The notes below the pieces were generated by a model that saw only the letters and a list, made by a program, of their open reading frames with translations, made no database searches and was not told the origin of the DNA. Both the position numbers and the translations under genes were made by a program. Below, one piece after another: positions 43,701 through 56,300 of a DNA stretch of 64,000 nt (position 1 is the stretch's first letter; each line of letters starts with the position of its first letter). The DNA is from Laetmonice hystrix (lineage: Eukaryota): NCBI GenBank assembly GCA_965235115.1, contig OZ249436.1, positions 9,116,001-9,180,000 of the forward strand, written 5' to 3'.

Positions 43701-45152
43701 TTACACACGTTCAGTATCCTTTGGTCTTTGTTGTACATGGGACCAACAGGGCGTCTCTAATTCCGATAACAGTCATTGTGGTGGTTCAGACAACATTGTT
43801 ATTTCTTACATTCAGTGGTACGGCCATTTGGCAGAACGTCATTTGGAGATTCATAGATTACAGTGTGAAGCTCAGAGGAAAACTTGCCCACATTTGGTAA
43901 CATTGGGTACGTAAAGAAGCCAACGCTCTATTCTGGCGTTACCATTTCGTAGGTTCAATTAAACTATAGGAAAACATTAAACACCTTGTTTTGGTGTCAG
44001 CCAAAACGCCTTGGTACCATTGGTACGAGGGTTGACAGGACAGAACTACCCGTAGGTTAAAGCATGTCAGGTACCAATTGTAATCTATCACAAAGGTTAA
44101 TGAAGGGAACTTAGTGATAATCAACTTTTCGAATATAAGCGCCACAATCAAGTTTTCCAATATAAGTGCCACAAGGAATGCCAATATTTGCTTGCAAAAT
44201 ACCTTTGTTTGCCTTTAATGACACATTAACTTTTTTCTTTTTTCTTTTTTCTTTTTTAAACTAGCATCGTCCGATTTCTCTATGTTAATAAGATTTGTCT
44301 GCCAGTTCTGGGGCCCATGTTCCAAACCGTCGTGGTGTCCGCTGTACGCGTGGCGGCACCTGGCGGCCGTGTTGGTGTTTCTCAGTACTGGGCACAGTCA
44401 GAACTGGAGACAAGGACAGTGGTGGGGAAGGGAGTGTCCCACTGGCTCCCAGTCTCCACGACTGGTGTTTATTGATTCTATGTTACAACACGCAGGGATC
44501 TGACTCAACCGTTGTACTTTCTGTTGGCCATCGATCATGTAATATTTTTGTTTGTTGATGTTGGTTTGGCAGGTGGTGAAGCATATAATATTTGCGTGGT
44601 GACCAAGGTCGTGGCATGCTTGGTATAAGAAGTTGTATCCAGGAGAATGGTGAGCAACAAGTGCATCAGTTGCAGTTTAAATGCACTAAAACAGAACACA
44701 TCAGTTATGTGTATACAAATAGTAGTACGATGTAATATTATTACTTTCAAATTAAAATGCCATTGTTGTATGATGTGTGGCTGAATAGATCAAGTTAGTT
44801 GCGAGTGATAATAGAGACCAGCCCGCTGTCAACGGACGTAGTTGTTGCCCATTCCACACCCCTGGCTTAATTGATGACTAATCTGGCTGCTTGTACATTT
44901 ATAGTCTCAGATGTCTTGTTTTTTTCGGAGTCAGGTCCTTGGGTGAGGAATATGCTTATCATTATTATTGAAACTGCATCATTTCAAATGATCACCTGTA
45001 CACATGGCTTTTTGAAAGGTAGTTTTAATTAAAGAAAAAGAAAAATCATATATTTTTGCATATAAATACATGTACATGTAAATTGAATTTTAGTGACCAA
45101 TTGAGTCGGTCTTCAAGGAAGAATTTGTATAGAACATAAAATGTGAATATTA

Positions 45153-45158
45153 AATAAA
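45153..45158 (+). promoter_or_regulatory. Candidate distal polyadenylation signal of RAC1 (about 4.4-kb 3'UTR)
   Basis: AATAAA (second copy near 45167) after an AT/TGTA-rich tract, followed by a T-rich tract and then repeats. Confidence 0.5.
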
Positions 45159-45439
45159 ATTGTCAAATAAATCAACTAGGCGTTTCCTTTTTCTTTTTTT
45201 TTTCAAACGTACATAGTACCGGATCCATACCGGCGGGTTGGGTGGGGTGGGGTTCGTGGATGGATGGATTGGAAGAAGCCCCAGAAAAGGATACCCATAG
45301 GGGGGTTTCAACCTCTAACCCCTCCCCCCCCCCCCACCCCCCTTCCACAATCCCTGTACTTAACGGGATAACGGGAATCAAACATGACGTTCAAAAACTT
45401 TATCATATAACGTTAAGATTAAAATTCCGGATGTATGTG

Positions 45440-45820
45440 GTGAGCCTTCACTGTAGTGTTTGCTCGAGTATAAGGCCAGACAGTACATGTTGGGAGCCCT
45501 CACTGTAGTGTTTGCTAGAGTATAAGGTCAGTCAATACATGTAGAGTGCCCTCACTGTAGTTTTTGCTCCAGTCTAAGGCCAGCTAATACATGTAGGGAG
45601 CCCTCACTGTAGTGTTTGCTAGAGTATATAAGGCCAGCCAATACATGTAGGGAGCCTCACTGTAGTGTTTGCTCCAGTCTAAGGCCAGCTAATACATGTT
45701 GGGAGCCCTCACTGTAGTGTTTGCTCGAATATAAGGCCAGTCAGTCCATGTGGGCAGCCCTCACTGTAGTGTTTGCTCCAGGCTGAGGCCAGTCAATACA
45801 TGTAGGGATCCCTCACTGTA
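45440..45820. repeat. ~52-bp minisatellite, about 8 copies, between the RAC1 and ZNF598 3' ends
   Basis: Unit GGGAGCCCTCACTGTAGTGTTTGCTAGAGTATAAGGCCAGTCAATACATGTA; CACTGTAG at 45449, 45501, 45553, 45605. Confidence 0.9.
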
Positions 45821-45985
45821 TTTTTCTTTTGAAATGCACGGGCATCAGGGGTAACCCAATTACTTTGACAATGTCCCTAAAGAGAAAAGTTGTATAGTCC
45901 TCTACAGGAATCGAACCCAGGCCCTAAGATTACTGCACCGATTCGCATAGCATAAGGTGTCGACACCCATACCCACTAGGCCAGT
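45821..45985 (-). mobile_element. tRNA-derived SINE (Pol III A and B boxes)
   Basis: Minus strand: A box TGGCCTAGTGG (45983-45973), B box GGTTCGATTCC (45917-45907), then a non-tRNA body ending in an A-rich tail (AAAAGAAAAA). No proper cloverleaf or acceptor stem is seen. Confidence 0.65.
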
Positions 45986-47598
45986 GTTTGCTCCAGTCTA
46001 AGTCTAGCCAACGCATGTAGAGACCGTTCTCAGACTGGAGCAAACACTTAGCATTGCACAATCCTATCTCTCCGGGAAGCGCCGCAGGTGCCCGGCAGCC
46101 CGGCCAGGTATATGTGGTGATTCCATCGGAATCCGGAAGGTGGCAGAGCCCAGCCAGGTGTACGTGGTGATTCCATTGGAAGCCGTAAGGTGGCACTGCA
46201 GTCGGACGCGCTGCTTTAGTGCATGGTGCATGGATGACAAAAAACTAATATCGATATAACACGTAAGCATGGTAGGCGTTTTCATTCAGTAAAGTATTGA
46301 ACGTGCATGTCACAGTCAGATTTATTGATATCATCTGAAGCACGTGGAAATAAATATATGTGAACCTTAAAGTCAGAACGGGATGAATTTGAATGCGTTT
46401 TCATAGCGTGATTGACGCACGTCAGAATTCCTCTGGCGTGTTTCCACAAGACTGAACTGTCATGCCACCTAGTGGTAGAGAGATTCACTACCTATCGCTA
46501 TGTTACCCCAGCCTTCCCCTAGCGGGCGTTTCTGTTACTAATGATAATTTCAGAGCGACAACACTACAAGTACTGTTTTTCAAACTGTTTTATTATAACT
46601 TGCATGTACTAGGATACATGCACCAATACCACCAATATTTTAACATCGGAGTTTTACCGTAATTTTCACATGAACTAGGAAAATCTTAAGCTTACTAGCT
46701 GTGTCAAAGACAAAATCATTCAAAGAATTCCCCTGAGCAAAAGATGTCCACGTATTGCTTGCAACCTAGAAATTACGGTATTCTTGTATACAATCCTATG
46801 TACAAACCAGAACCTAAACAAACAAAAGCACGTTGCAACGAAGCTTACAAAGAACCAAAGTCCCCACATTAAGTTTTGAAGTTCTCAAACGAAGCCCTGA
46901 TGATGCTTTTTGAACAAAACCTACCATAAAACACCTCAGTAGCATATAAGCAACAAACCGTCATTTTTCGAACTCTTGAGACTTTTTACGTGAAACAAAT
47001 GTCAAATATGAAGAATTTCAGGAATAACAAACCTTTAAAGATAGAAGTTTTGTACATACAACAAACCGTTGACCTTTTCTGTTACTGACAACAGGGGTAG
47101 AAATGAGCAGTCAAGCACCTTGTCAATAATATGACACTCAATGTTGCCTAGTATTTAAACTACATGTACATGTAAATCACAGTAGTCTATCGACAATATC
47201 TACTGTTGTACAGCCCAAAATAGTATACAGCATAATAGGTTATCTGACTTGTTAATTGCCAATTGCCTGGCCAGTGACTATTGCAGACTTGACATAGATC
47301 ATTATTGACATAGCTAGGCGTAATCTATGATCAAACTAGCATGGAAAATATTTTTCCGAGTCGTGAATTCTCGGCATTTCATCCACGTAACTCCTTCAAC
47401 TAATCTCTTAAAAATAAAAGCCGATTTCGCTATCCATACCATTTCTGCATCAAGGGTATCAAAATGTAGAAATCGATTAAGTCCTAACTGTAAGGAATTT
47501 ACGAACTAAGACATTTCTGTGCTGTGTCTGGTATTAATCTCCCACTTCACTGACATCATAAATATCACAGACCTGCTCCCAAAGAGACCAAGACTTGT

Positions 47599-50500
47599 TT
47601 AGTTAGATTTCACCCATGTATTCATACCATACTTGTTGCCAGGGACAGCAGAGAGTGTTGGAAAGTCTGCTTCCATACTATGTTCCCTAACATGGGCACC
47701 CAGATCCACTGATATTAGAACTTGCCAACATGTTGGACATGTCTTGAAATCGGAATCCATTGCACCCCAGACCTTTTTGGCATTCTTATTCTTTCCCTTT
47801 TTGTTGACCTTTTTAGCCGCATTGTGGGCAGCAAGCAGCTCGTGTTGTTTTTCTATATCTGGAAGTAGCACTAAAAGTTCTGGAAAGACTTCCATGAAGT
47901 TTTCACTCCCAATCAGCTTAATGCAGTTGGAATAGTACTCGGAGGCTGTTGCCTTTCCCTGCCGAAATTCTCCTGAACAGGTTTTAAACTCCTTGAATTT
48001 AGCATCGTCATCACTGAGGTGGTGCTGTACGGCAGATATCAGAAGGATGTTCCTGTCAGCAAAGTTTTCTGGTTGATTGTAAGAGAAAGTCTCAAGGAAC
48101 GCGGGAGGTTCACAAATTTCTGGTTCAGGAACTGGGGCAGGAGGAGAAGTGTCCGTAAATCCTAGCGGCGGAACGTTACTCCACGTGTTGAACCCTGGAG
48201 GTGGTTTGGCAGATGGTGCAGCAAAGCCAAGGCCTGGAGGAGGTGGTGGTATTGGGGTCAAGCCTAGTGCTGGAAAGTCCTCTGTTAGATCAAGTGGTTT
48301 ACTGTTGGTGTCCCCAACACTGCTGCCCACAGTGTCAGCTATGCTTGCCGGTGTCGTCTTCAGGCCAGCAGTGACGGTTGCTAGCGTCATGTTACTCTGA
48401 TCTCGGAGTGCTGACAGTCCAGGGAAACCTTCATTCGTATCTTTGAAAAGACTTGGAAAGTCTTCCACGTCTCCTACATGGTTCACTTCACCCCATGGCA
48501 TATCCTTGTTGCGTTTGTTTTCCTTGTTCTCCTTGTACACAAGACCTGGTGGTTGTTTCTTTGGTCTCGCTGGTCCTGGTGGAGGCTCAAAGCCTGGAAT
48601 ATACCCCCAAGACGGTTCAGGCTCAGCAGCCATTTTATCTTTACTCTCACTTTTATCCTTCTTTATTTTCTTCTTTCCCTTCGTTTTTACAGCCACAAAT
48701 TGTTCCTCCTCTTCAGGCTTGTCCTCACTCTTGACCAATTTACTTTTGGGTCCCCACTGTGAATCAAGATCAGGATTTGACGTAGAAACTGTTTTTTCTC
48801 CTAAAGCAGGAAAATCTTCTTGAAACGTTTCTTTCTTTTCACATTTTATACTTTCTGGTTTACATTCAAATTTCTTTGATGAATCAGAGTGGCTCAGGGC
48901 TTCCTTTTCGGTATTTGTCAAGGAATTGTTTTTATTTTGTTTGACATTTTTAGTTTCCGACTTCTTTGGCAAGTTAGTTTTTTTACCTTGAACAATGTGG
49001 AAGCTCTCTTCCTGGTTTACAGTCCTTCCAGTTCCTACGTTTTGTGATTGGATCTTTGTAGAACTGTCTTTTAATGTATCATTCAACTGCTTGGACTTCT
49101 GCTGTTGAGCGTCCTTCTTTTTGCCAGTAATACCATTTGTGGAGATTAGCTGCTTCTTCCTTCCTCCAAGGCTTGGAAATTCATCTTCAAACAGGTCTTC
49201 TACAGACTTGGAGACTTTAGTCTCAGGTGGGAGAGATGGGTTACTATCGGATTCCTGTTTCTTGAATTTGTCTGCAGACTGTTTCAATGAAGAAACGTTT
49301 GTTTCACATTTATCTTTTTTCGACATACTAAAAGACTTCGGAGCTGAAGGCTCGACAGAAACTTTCGGCTTAGCTGGATTGGCCTTGGCAACCTTTGAGT
49401 CCTGCTGTGTGTGAGAAATATTACCAGACATTCTACTTGACTGCGCACTTGAAGTGGACATTCCCAGAGTTGGAAAATCTTTAATGTTTCTGTTTGCATC
49501 GAAGGACTGAGAATGACTGCTAGTAGTTTCAGGGCTCTCCATTCTATTCTTAGCCGACTTTGACTTTGAAGATGAAGACAACAAGCCACTCCCTATGCTG
49601 CTCAGCGATGGGAAGTCTGACAAACTTCCTGAATCTACACTCCAACTTTGCACTGACTCCCGAGACTTTGAAGCCTTACTATGAAATACTTGAGTTTGTT
49701 GAGCAGAAGTTTTAGAGTTCCAAGCACTGTTACTTTGATTATTTCCTGTTTTACCTTTCGGCTTTGAGTCTTTAAGAGATGGAAAGTCTTTTGCAAGTGG
49801 CTGGAAATTCCATGCACTGCTACTTGACTGTTTTTGGGTTGGAGCTTTTTTTCCACCTAACACTGGGAAATCCTCACTTTCCATGCTGCCATCAGCTACA
49901 CTGAAGTTGTTACTACGGGCAACATGCTTTGCCATATTTTCTCTAGCTTGTATGGATGGGTCATTTTTAGGTGCTTCAGGTTCTGGTTTAGGGTCTACTG
50001 GCCGACCATCTAAGCTTGGGAAGTCCTCTCTCTTAGGCGCCTGGGCTGCCTTGTCTGCTAACGATGCACTTATCGCCCGAGCAGTATCTTCTGCTTCCCT
50101 GTAAAATATAAATTTGTAGAAAATGCCACTTAAAGAGCTATGATTACAATCTAGTCCAGAAACAGAAAGCAAGAATATAACTTAGCATGACACCAAACAC
50201 TTTCAACCATAGCAGCATATAAGTTTTGTGTTATTTTGGTTGAATAAAATGCTGGCTAGCGAGCTCTAACCTGTCCCTCCTCTCTGTGTAGTTGTTGTTG
50301 CGACCACGACCATGTCCTCTGTAACCTCCCCGACCTCGCGATTCCTGATGTACTTCTTCATAGTCCTGGCCTGTTATCCTGCCACCTGCTTACAACACAA
50401 CAGGAGTGTTAAAATGTCACAGAAATAGGCTCTTACAATCAATAATTTAACTGTTCTAAATATGAATATGTGGTTTGGGTACTTCTTGACAAAACAAATC

Positions 50501-52973
50501 TCTTCACACCCAAAGACTCCATTCTAATCGACAAATTTGTATCTGTCCAGATTTGGCCCAATAAGGAAAACAAAATATTACCTTTCCTAACTTGGTCAGA
50601 TTTATAAACTTACATACATATGCTGGCCTAAATGTTTACATTCTGAATATTAAAGCTTATTTTCCTCTTTCCTTTTCCTTGGAAACAGAGACTGGTTGGA
50701 CTTTAGAGTTTATGGATAAATGATATCTTATCTCCCTTTATGAGTGTGAAATAATAGAATTTTGGGAAGTTACAGATGTCAGTTACACTTTGTCTTCACT
50801 TGCACAAAAGGGTCAATCATTCATCTCACCTCTGTCGCGATCCCTGTCACGATCCCTGTCCCTGTCACGATCCCAATCTCGATCTCTCCTTGAATGGGCA
50901 TGTCGCGGAGCAAGGTTGAAATCAATTTCGAGGGTGCGTGCTTGTCGCATTTGAGCCTTGCGCATTTTCCCAGAGTGTGCATTGCTAATATGATACTTCA
51001 TGTCTATGTCACTTCGAAATGCATTAGTAAATTCAGCATCTGCACACTCACCTTCCTCGCACAAATAATGACTGTCACGAAAGTGGTCCCGTAGGAAGGA
51101 GTACCCACTGAAACAAGAAAACAATATTGCACTTATTTATAATCTGCCTACCTGGAGGCATGATGGAGGTAGCCAAGTCTGCCATCATTCCCATACACCA
51201 GTTTTACACCATTGCCACGGCAACCAAAGCTTTACCTATAAACATACTCATCTGCTTACCTATAAAACTGGTTGGTAATCCCATCAGCATCACAGAAGTG
51301 ACAGAAGTAGTGGTCTTTACGAAGGTGACGCACCAACTCATCATTGTCTAGGAATCGTTCATCACAGAACTCACACAGGGGATGGCCTTTGTGCGACTTA
51401 TCATCTGCATCACCAATCCTTCGATGTAGCGCTAATTTGGAACGATCATAGATCTTCCGATCATGGCTGAACACCTGGATATAACGAAGAAATATTGCTA
51501 CAATATTGCAGTCGCATATCACAGAAGTTGTACTCTTGTTACATTACTTGTAAAAACTAAAAAAGGATAAGAATAAATATTTCACCATTGCCAATTTGGG
51601 TAAAAAAAAACCTTCAGAATTAACTGAATGGAATCCCTACTTTAATAGGGATGTAATTCCACCAATTCAGAATCTTACTTTTAAAGGCCTACACTGAACT
51701 GGATAGCCATACAAACCTTTAGATGGTTCACACATAAATCACAATAAAAAAGTTGATGTTCTCTTCGCATATGGTCCCTCAGTTGTGAAAACGTGCGAAA
51801 CTTCTGCTTCTCATCACACTTGATGCAGCTGTGTTCAAGCAACTCTAAGAAATCTGTCTGCACACTCTCACTTTCAAAGTAGATCTTGTGTTTGCGGAAG
51901 ACAGGAAAGTGAGTACTGTTGATTTCTGCATATTTTGATGGTTGACTGATGAAGACAACCTGCCAAGGATAAAAGTTATAACATGTTATCACTATATGAT
52001 TATAACAGCATCACTTACAGGATTCATGGTGATGCGACTTACCCTCTTTCTGGGTTTTAACATTGACTATGATTTTATTTGTTACATCACACCATTATTT
52101 TGATAAGATAGTATACATTTAGTCAGCAAAAAATGACCATGACTATATTATTTATTAGATTACAGCATTATTTTGATAAGATAGTGTATATATTTAGTCA
52201 GCAAATACGACCATGCTCATGCACCTCATGCACAGTAACGCTCAATCAACTCCCACTTCAGGGTGGTTCTGTGGGTGGGGCAAACACCTCCCAATGATGG
52301 TTAAGAAGGCTCCGGATATCACTACTGCGCATGAAAATGGTCAAATAGTGCAGGCTAAATATATGTAACACTGCCTTCAGATTTGATAAAGGTGCTACAC
52401 ATATCTTATTCTGAAGGAAAAAATGTGTTTTAAATTTAACACCAAACCAAAAGACTTGGCCAATTTTGAACACTTAGATTAACACACTGCCTTGCAACAG
52501 TGTGTGGGCCTAACCAGCCCTAACCATAAAAGGGTGACACGCGGCACATATCTGACATATCTGACCTTGCAACGGTACAGTACGTGTGTCGGTGAATACG
52601 GTATGGTGTCTGTGTAGTGACTTTTACTTTTAGTAGTGTCGTGTGAGTAGTGTGTGACAACCAGTGCCAGTGGACTGGATTGAAAGGTCAATTTCTCTAT
52701 GTAAGCCTGTCCGATGTCGTAAAGATGTACTAATCGAACTGACCAGTTTAACACTTATTACTTTGATGTTATTTGAACAGTGTCACTCAGACCTCATACC
52801 TTTGACATTTCCACCCTGCAGATGGCACACTGCATTTGCCCACACAACGCCCGCATCCTCGTCGAGCACCTGTAGCACACGGGGTGATCGCATGGCCCCA
52901 CCGCATAGATTGATATTATTTCACTGCAGACTGGGCACACGCCCTCTGCACCTTCTGAGCGTCTAGTAGACAT
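47599..52973 (-). CDS. ZNF598: E3 ubiquitin ligase ZNF598 (Hel2 homologue; ribosome quality control), about 1174 aa
   Basis: Exons 52800-52973 (RING: CPVC..CDHPVCYRCSTRMRALC..CAIC), 51717-51959, 51260-51474 (GDADDKSHKGHPLCEFCDERFLDNDELVRHLRKDHYFCHFC), 50830-51107 (HFRDSHYLCEEGEC..AFRSDIDMKYH), 50271-50385, 47599-50098 (low-complexity region with DFPxL and PPPG motifs; C-terminal FKTCSGEFRQG..VFPELLVLLPDIEKQHELL and C2H2 finger). Phases are consistent. Confidence 0.95.
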
Positions 52974-53315
52974 AATCTATCGGTTGATGGGAGCCTAGGT
53001 TGTGTGACTACAAGTCGGTAAAATACACTGTTCTGTGTGGTCTGGCCGGATAGTCTATTTATGTGTGTGCGTGTGTCGCAGCAGTGGTGAAATATGTGGA
53101 CTACGTCACCGAAACATGTTTATTCTTAAAGCAAGCCGACTAACATTTTTTTGCCTGTGCTGTCAAAAGAAGGGAGTCTGGGCGCATTGATTTTTTCACA
53201 TAAATTAATTTCACATTTTAGTTCATTTTCACAAAAGTACAGTACAATAAGAAAACAATTGTTGACCTCATGACATCATCGGCACCTGACATCACATCAT
53301 CATCGCAAAATCAAG
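52974..53315. promoter_or_regulatory. Bidirectional promoter region ZNF598/synaptogyrin
   Basis: Start codons are head-to-head about 340 bp apart, so both promoters and 5'UTRs probably lie here unless upstream non-coding exons exist. CRE-like ACGTCA/TGACATCA motifs present. Confidence 0.65.
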
Positions 53316-56300
53316 ATGGAAGGTGGAGGCACGGCGTACGGTGCAGGCAAAGCGGGCGGTCCTTTCGACCCTATAGCTTATATTAAGAAGCCCCAAGTTA
53401 TTTTACGAGCTGTTAGCTGGGTAAGTGACATGTTTTGACGTAAACGTGGAGTGAAAATAGATTTCATAGAGGAAGAAATAGGGGTTGATTTGAGCGTTGG
53501 TCAGTGGTCGTAGGCGGAGCTGTCACGGTGACAGCGGTCGGGGTGCAGTGCACGGATAAGCCGGTAGATGACAGCAGTAGGCGGACGTCATTCACAACAT
53601 AATGCTGGCACCGCCGCGGGCAGTGCCCGTTTTAAGGATCATCGACCGAGAACGACGAAAAATCCCCACCACAGACATATCCCAAATGCGTGTGTATCAA
53701 CTCAAGATCTCACACGCCATGAAATATGCATTCCTTTGAACTTGACCCAGAAAGACTACCACTGGTTGGTGGATTCATTTTCATTTTTGCACGAGTTGCG
53801 AGCGATCAATACAGACGTGTTTGCCTGAGCCGAGGAGTGTCTCGCGCTGCAGCTGGTCTCAGTGTGCAGGCTACGCTAGAGCATATCTGGCAGGTTTTAC
53901 AATAATCTCGTCACAAGAGAATCAGAGACCAACTGCAGCAGACAAATTGTGAAGGTTTACAGATTTCCGCTTGCTAGTGTACTTTAAATCTAGCAAGTGG
54001 GCGTGGCAATGGCACTGTGTCTGTGTGTCAGATTTTGTCACTCTCACTTCATGTGTCAGTAAGCATTGTTTACAAAAGAAATTGCAGTTAGCTGGTTCTG
54101 CAGTGGTATTTCCCCCAGTGCAGTGGTATGAACTTAAATAACCACTCCCATAAAATGAATATGACAGAGTTCTGTAAATGTCATTGAGGTTCCACCCCTA
54201 GACTATTTATGAGTACTCGCTGTTCTGTCATATTTCCCTCAATTTTTTTCAACCATTGAAGTTGGTTTTAAATATAGACCCCTTACATATTTAGATTAGT
54301 TCTCGGTGTCTGTGAGCTCAGAGAGTTGGAACCTATTTTTAAATGAAGGGGAAAAATGGGAAATATTTGACCTAATGAGACACTGGCCACTTCAACCTTG
54401 TACTTTGTAGATGTGATCCTTCCCCAAAAGATTTTGATCTTTTCTGTGCCTGGTTTTGGAAAAGTTATGGGTTCTGGGGCCGGTTTGACCAAAGGTCGAA
54501 AATAACGACGTCGAAAATTTAACATAGAAGTGAATGCTTGCTGGGTCGTTATTTTCGACCTAACAACCCATTTACTTCTATGTTAAATTTTCGGCGTCGT
54601 TATTTTCAACTCTTTAGTAAAACAGGCCCCTGAGGTGCTGGTATTTGTTTTACCCAGTAAGCTGGGACCCGTTCAGTTCGAGACTGTTTTACTTAGAACT
54701 TTGCAAGTAAGCTGTTCAGTGGTCACCTTTTGACAGTTAGTGACTGACACCCACATCTCAGCAGATATGGTATCCATGATCACAGTTAACATACAGTCAG
54801 TGACTGACATCCAGTATCTCAGCAGATATGGTATCCATGATCACTGTTAACATACAGTCAGTGACTGACATCCAGCATCTCAGCAGATATGGTATCCATG
54901 ATCACTGTTAACATACAGTCAGTGACTGACATCCAGTATCTCAGCAGATATGGTATCCATGATCACTGTTAACATACAGTTAGTGACTGACATCCAGCAT
55001 CTCAGCAGATATGGTATCCATGATCACTGTTAACATACAGTCAGTGACTGACATCCAGTATCTCAGCAGATATGGTATCCATGATCACTGTTAACATACA
55101 GTCAGTGACTGACATCCAGTATCTCAGCAGATATGGTATCCATGATCGCTGTTAACATACAGTCAGTGACTGACACCCACATCTCAGCAGATATGGTATC
55201 CATGATCACTGTTAACATACAGTCAGTGACTGACATCCAGTATCTCAGCAGATATGGTATTCATGATCACTGTTAACATACAGTCAGTGACTGACATCCA
55301 GTATCTCAGCAGATATGGTATTCATGATCACTGTTAACATACAGTCAGTGACTGACATCCAGCATCTCAGCAGATATGGTATCCATAATCACTGTTAACA
55401 TTCCCTAATTTGTTTCTTGATCAAGTTGATGGTTGTAAGCAATGTCCAAAACATATTTTGGACTTGGAAATTGTTTTTACAAGCTTCTCAGCAGGTGACT
55501 TTGTAGTGAAAGACTTTATATAAATTTAGATAAGTAAAGGTAATATCTATAGGGGTACCTGTAAATGTGGATGCATTTAATTTTTGTAGGAAGCTATGCA
55601 TTTTATCTTGGTAGATGGTCATTGTAGAATCTTCACTTATACTCTTTCATCTTTTCTAATTTCAGCTATTTTCCATAATTGTGTTTGGATGCATTTCATC
55701 ACAACAAAATGAAGATCACTGCATGTACAATGACGACCCCAATGCATGTGGCTTTGGAGTTGCAGTTGGGGTGATAGCATTCCTTGGTTGTATGGCTTTC
55801 CTCGTACTAGATGCCCTCTTTGAAAACATCAGCAGCATTCAGCAGAGGAAACATGTTGTCATGGGAGATATTGGATTTTCTGGTAAGTTGACATGTTTGG
55901 TTTGAACTCATGAATTTCTAAATATAACAGTTTATGGTAGTGCTAGCTCATATAAAGCATAAAGGTAGTTTCATTTTGACCTGACCCAACCAAACCTAAT
56001 AGTGACTGATTCTAAAAATGTTATCGGATCTTCCACGCAACTGAAATCTGCTTAGACTAGAAAGTAAAGAATTTATCTCATCAACCAGTCAAAAGATGTA
56101 TACCACCACCCATTTGTTAAAGCAATCGAAGGTACGATCATAAGAACATGTTGATGTACCAGTAATTATGTGGTCTGATAGTTGTATCAAGCTTGAGAAA
56201 TAAGAATTTTACATTATATTATGCGGTAGAACTGATATACTGAGTGTTTACAAAGAGATTCAGTGCCACTCCTGTTTTTGTCTGGCTCTAAAACAAGCCC

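Noticed and set aside
45907..45983. Possible tRNA gene
   Set aside because: A and B boxes are present but no coherent acceptor or anticodon stems; treated as a SINE head.
47633..50104. Plus-strand ORFs opposite ZNF598 (and similar antisense ORFs over the LMTK last exon)
   Set aside because: Shadow ORFs of real coding exons.
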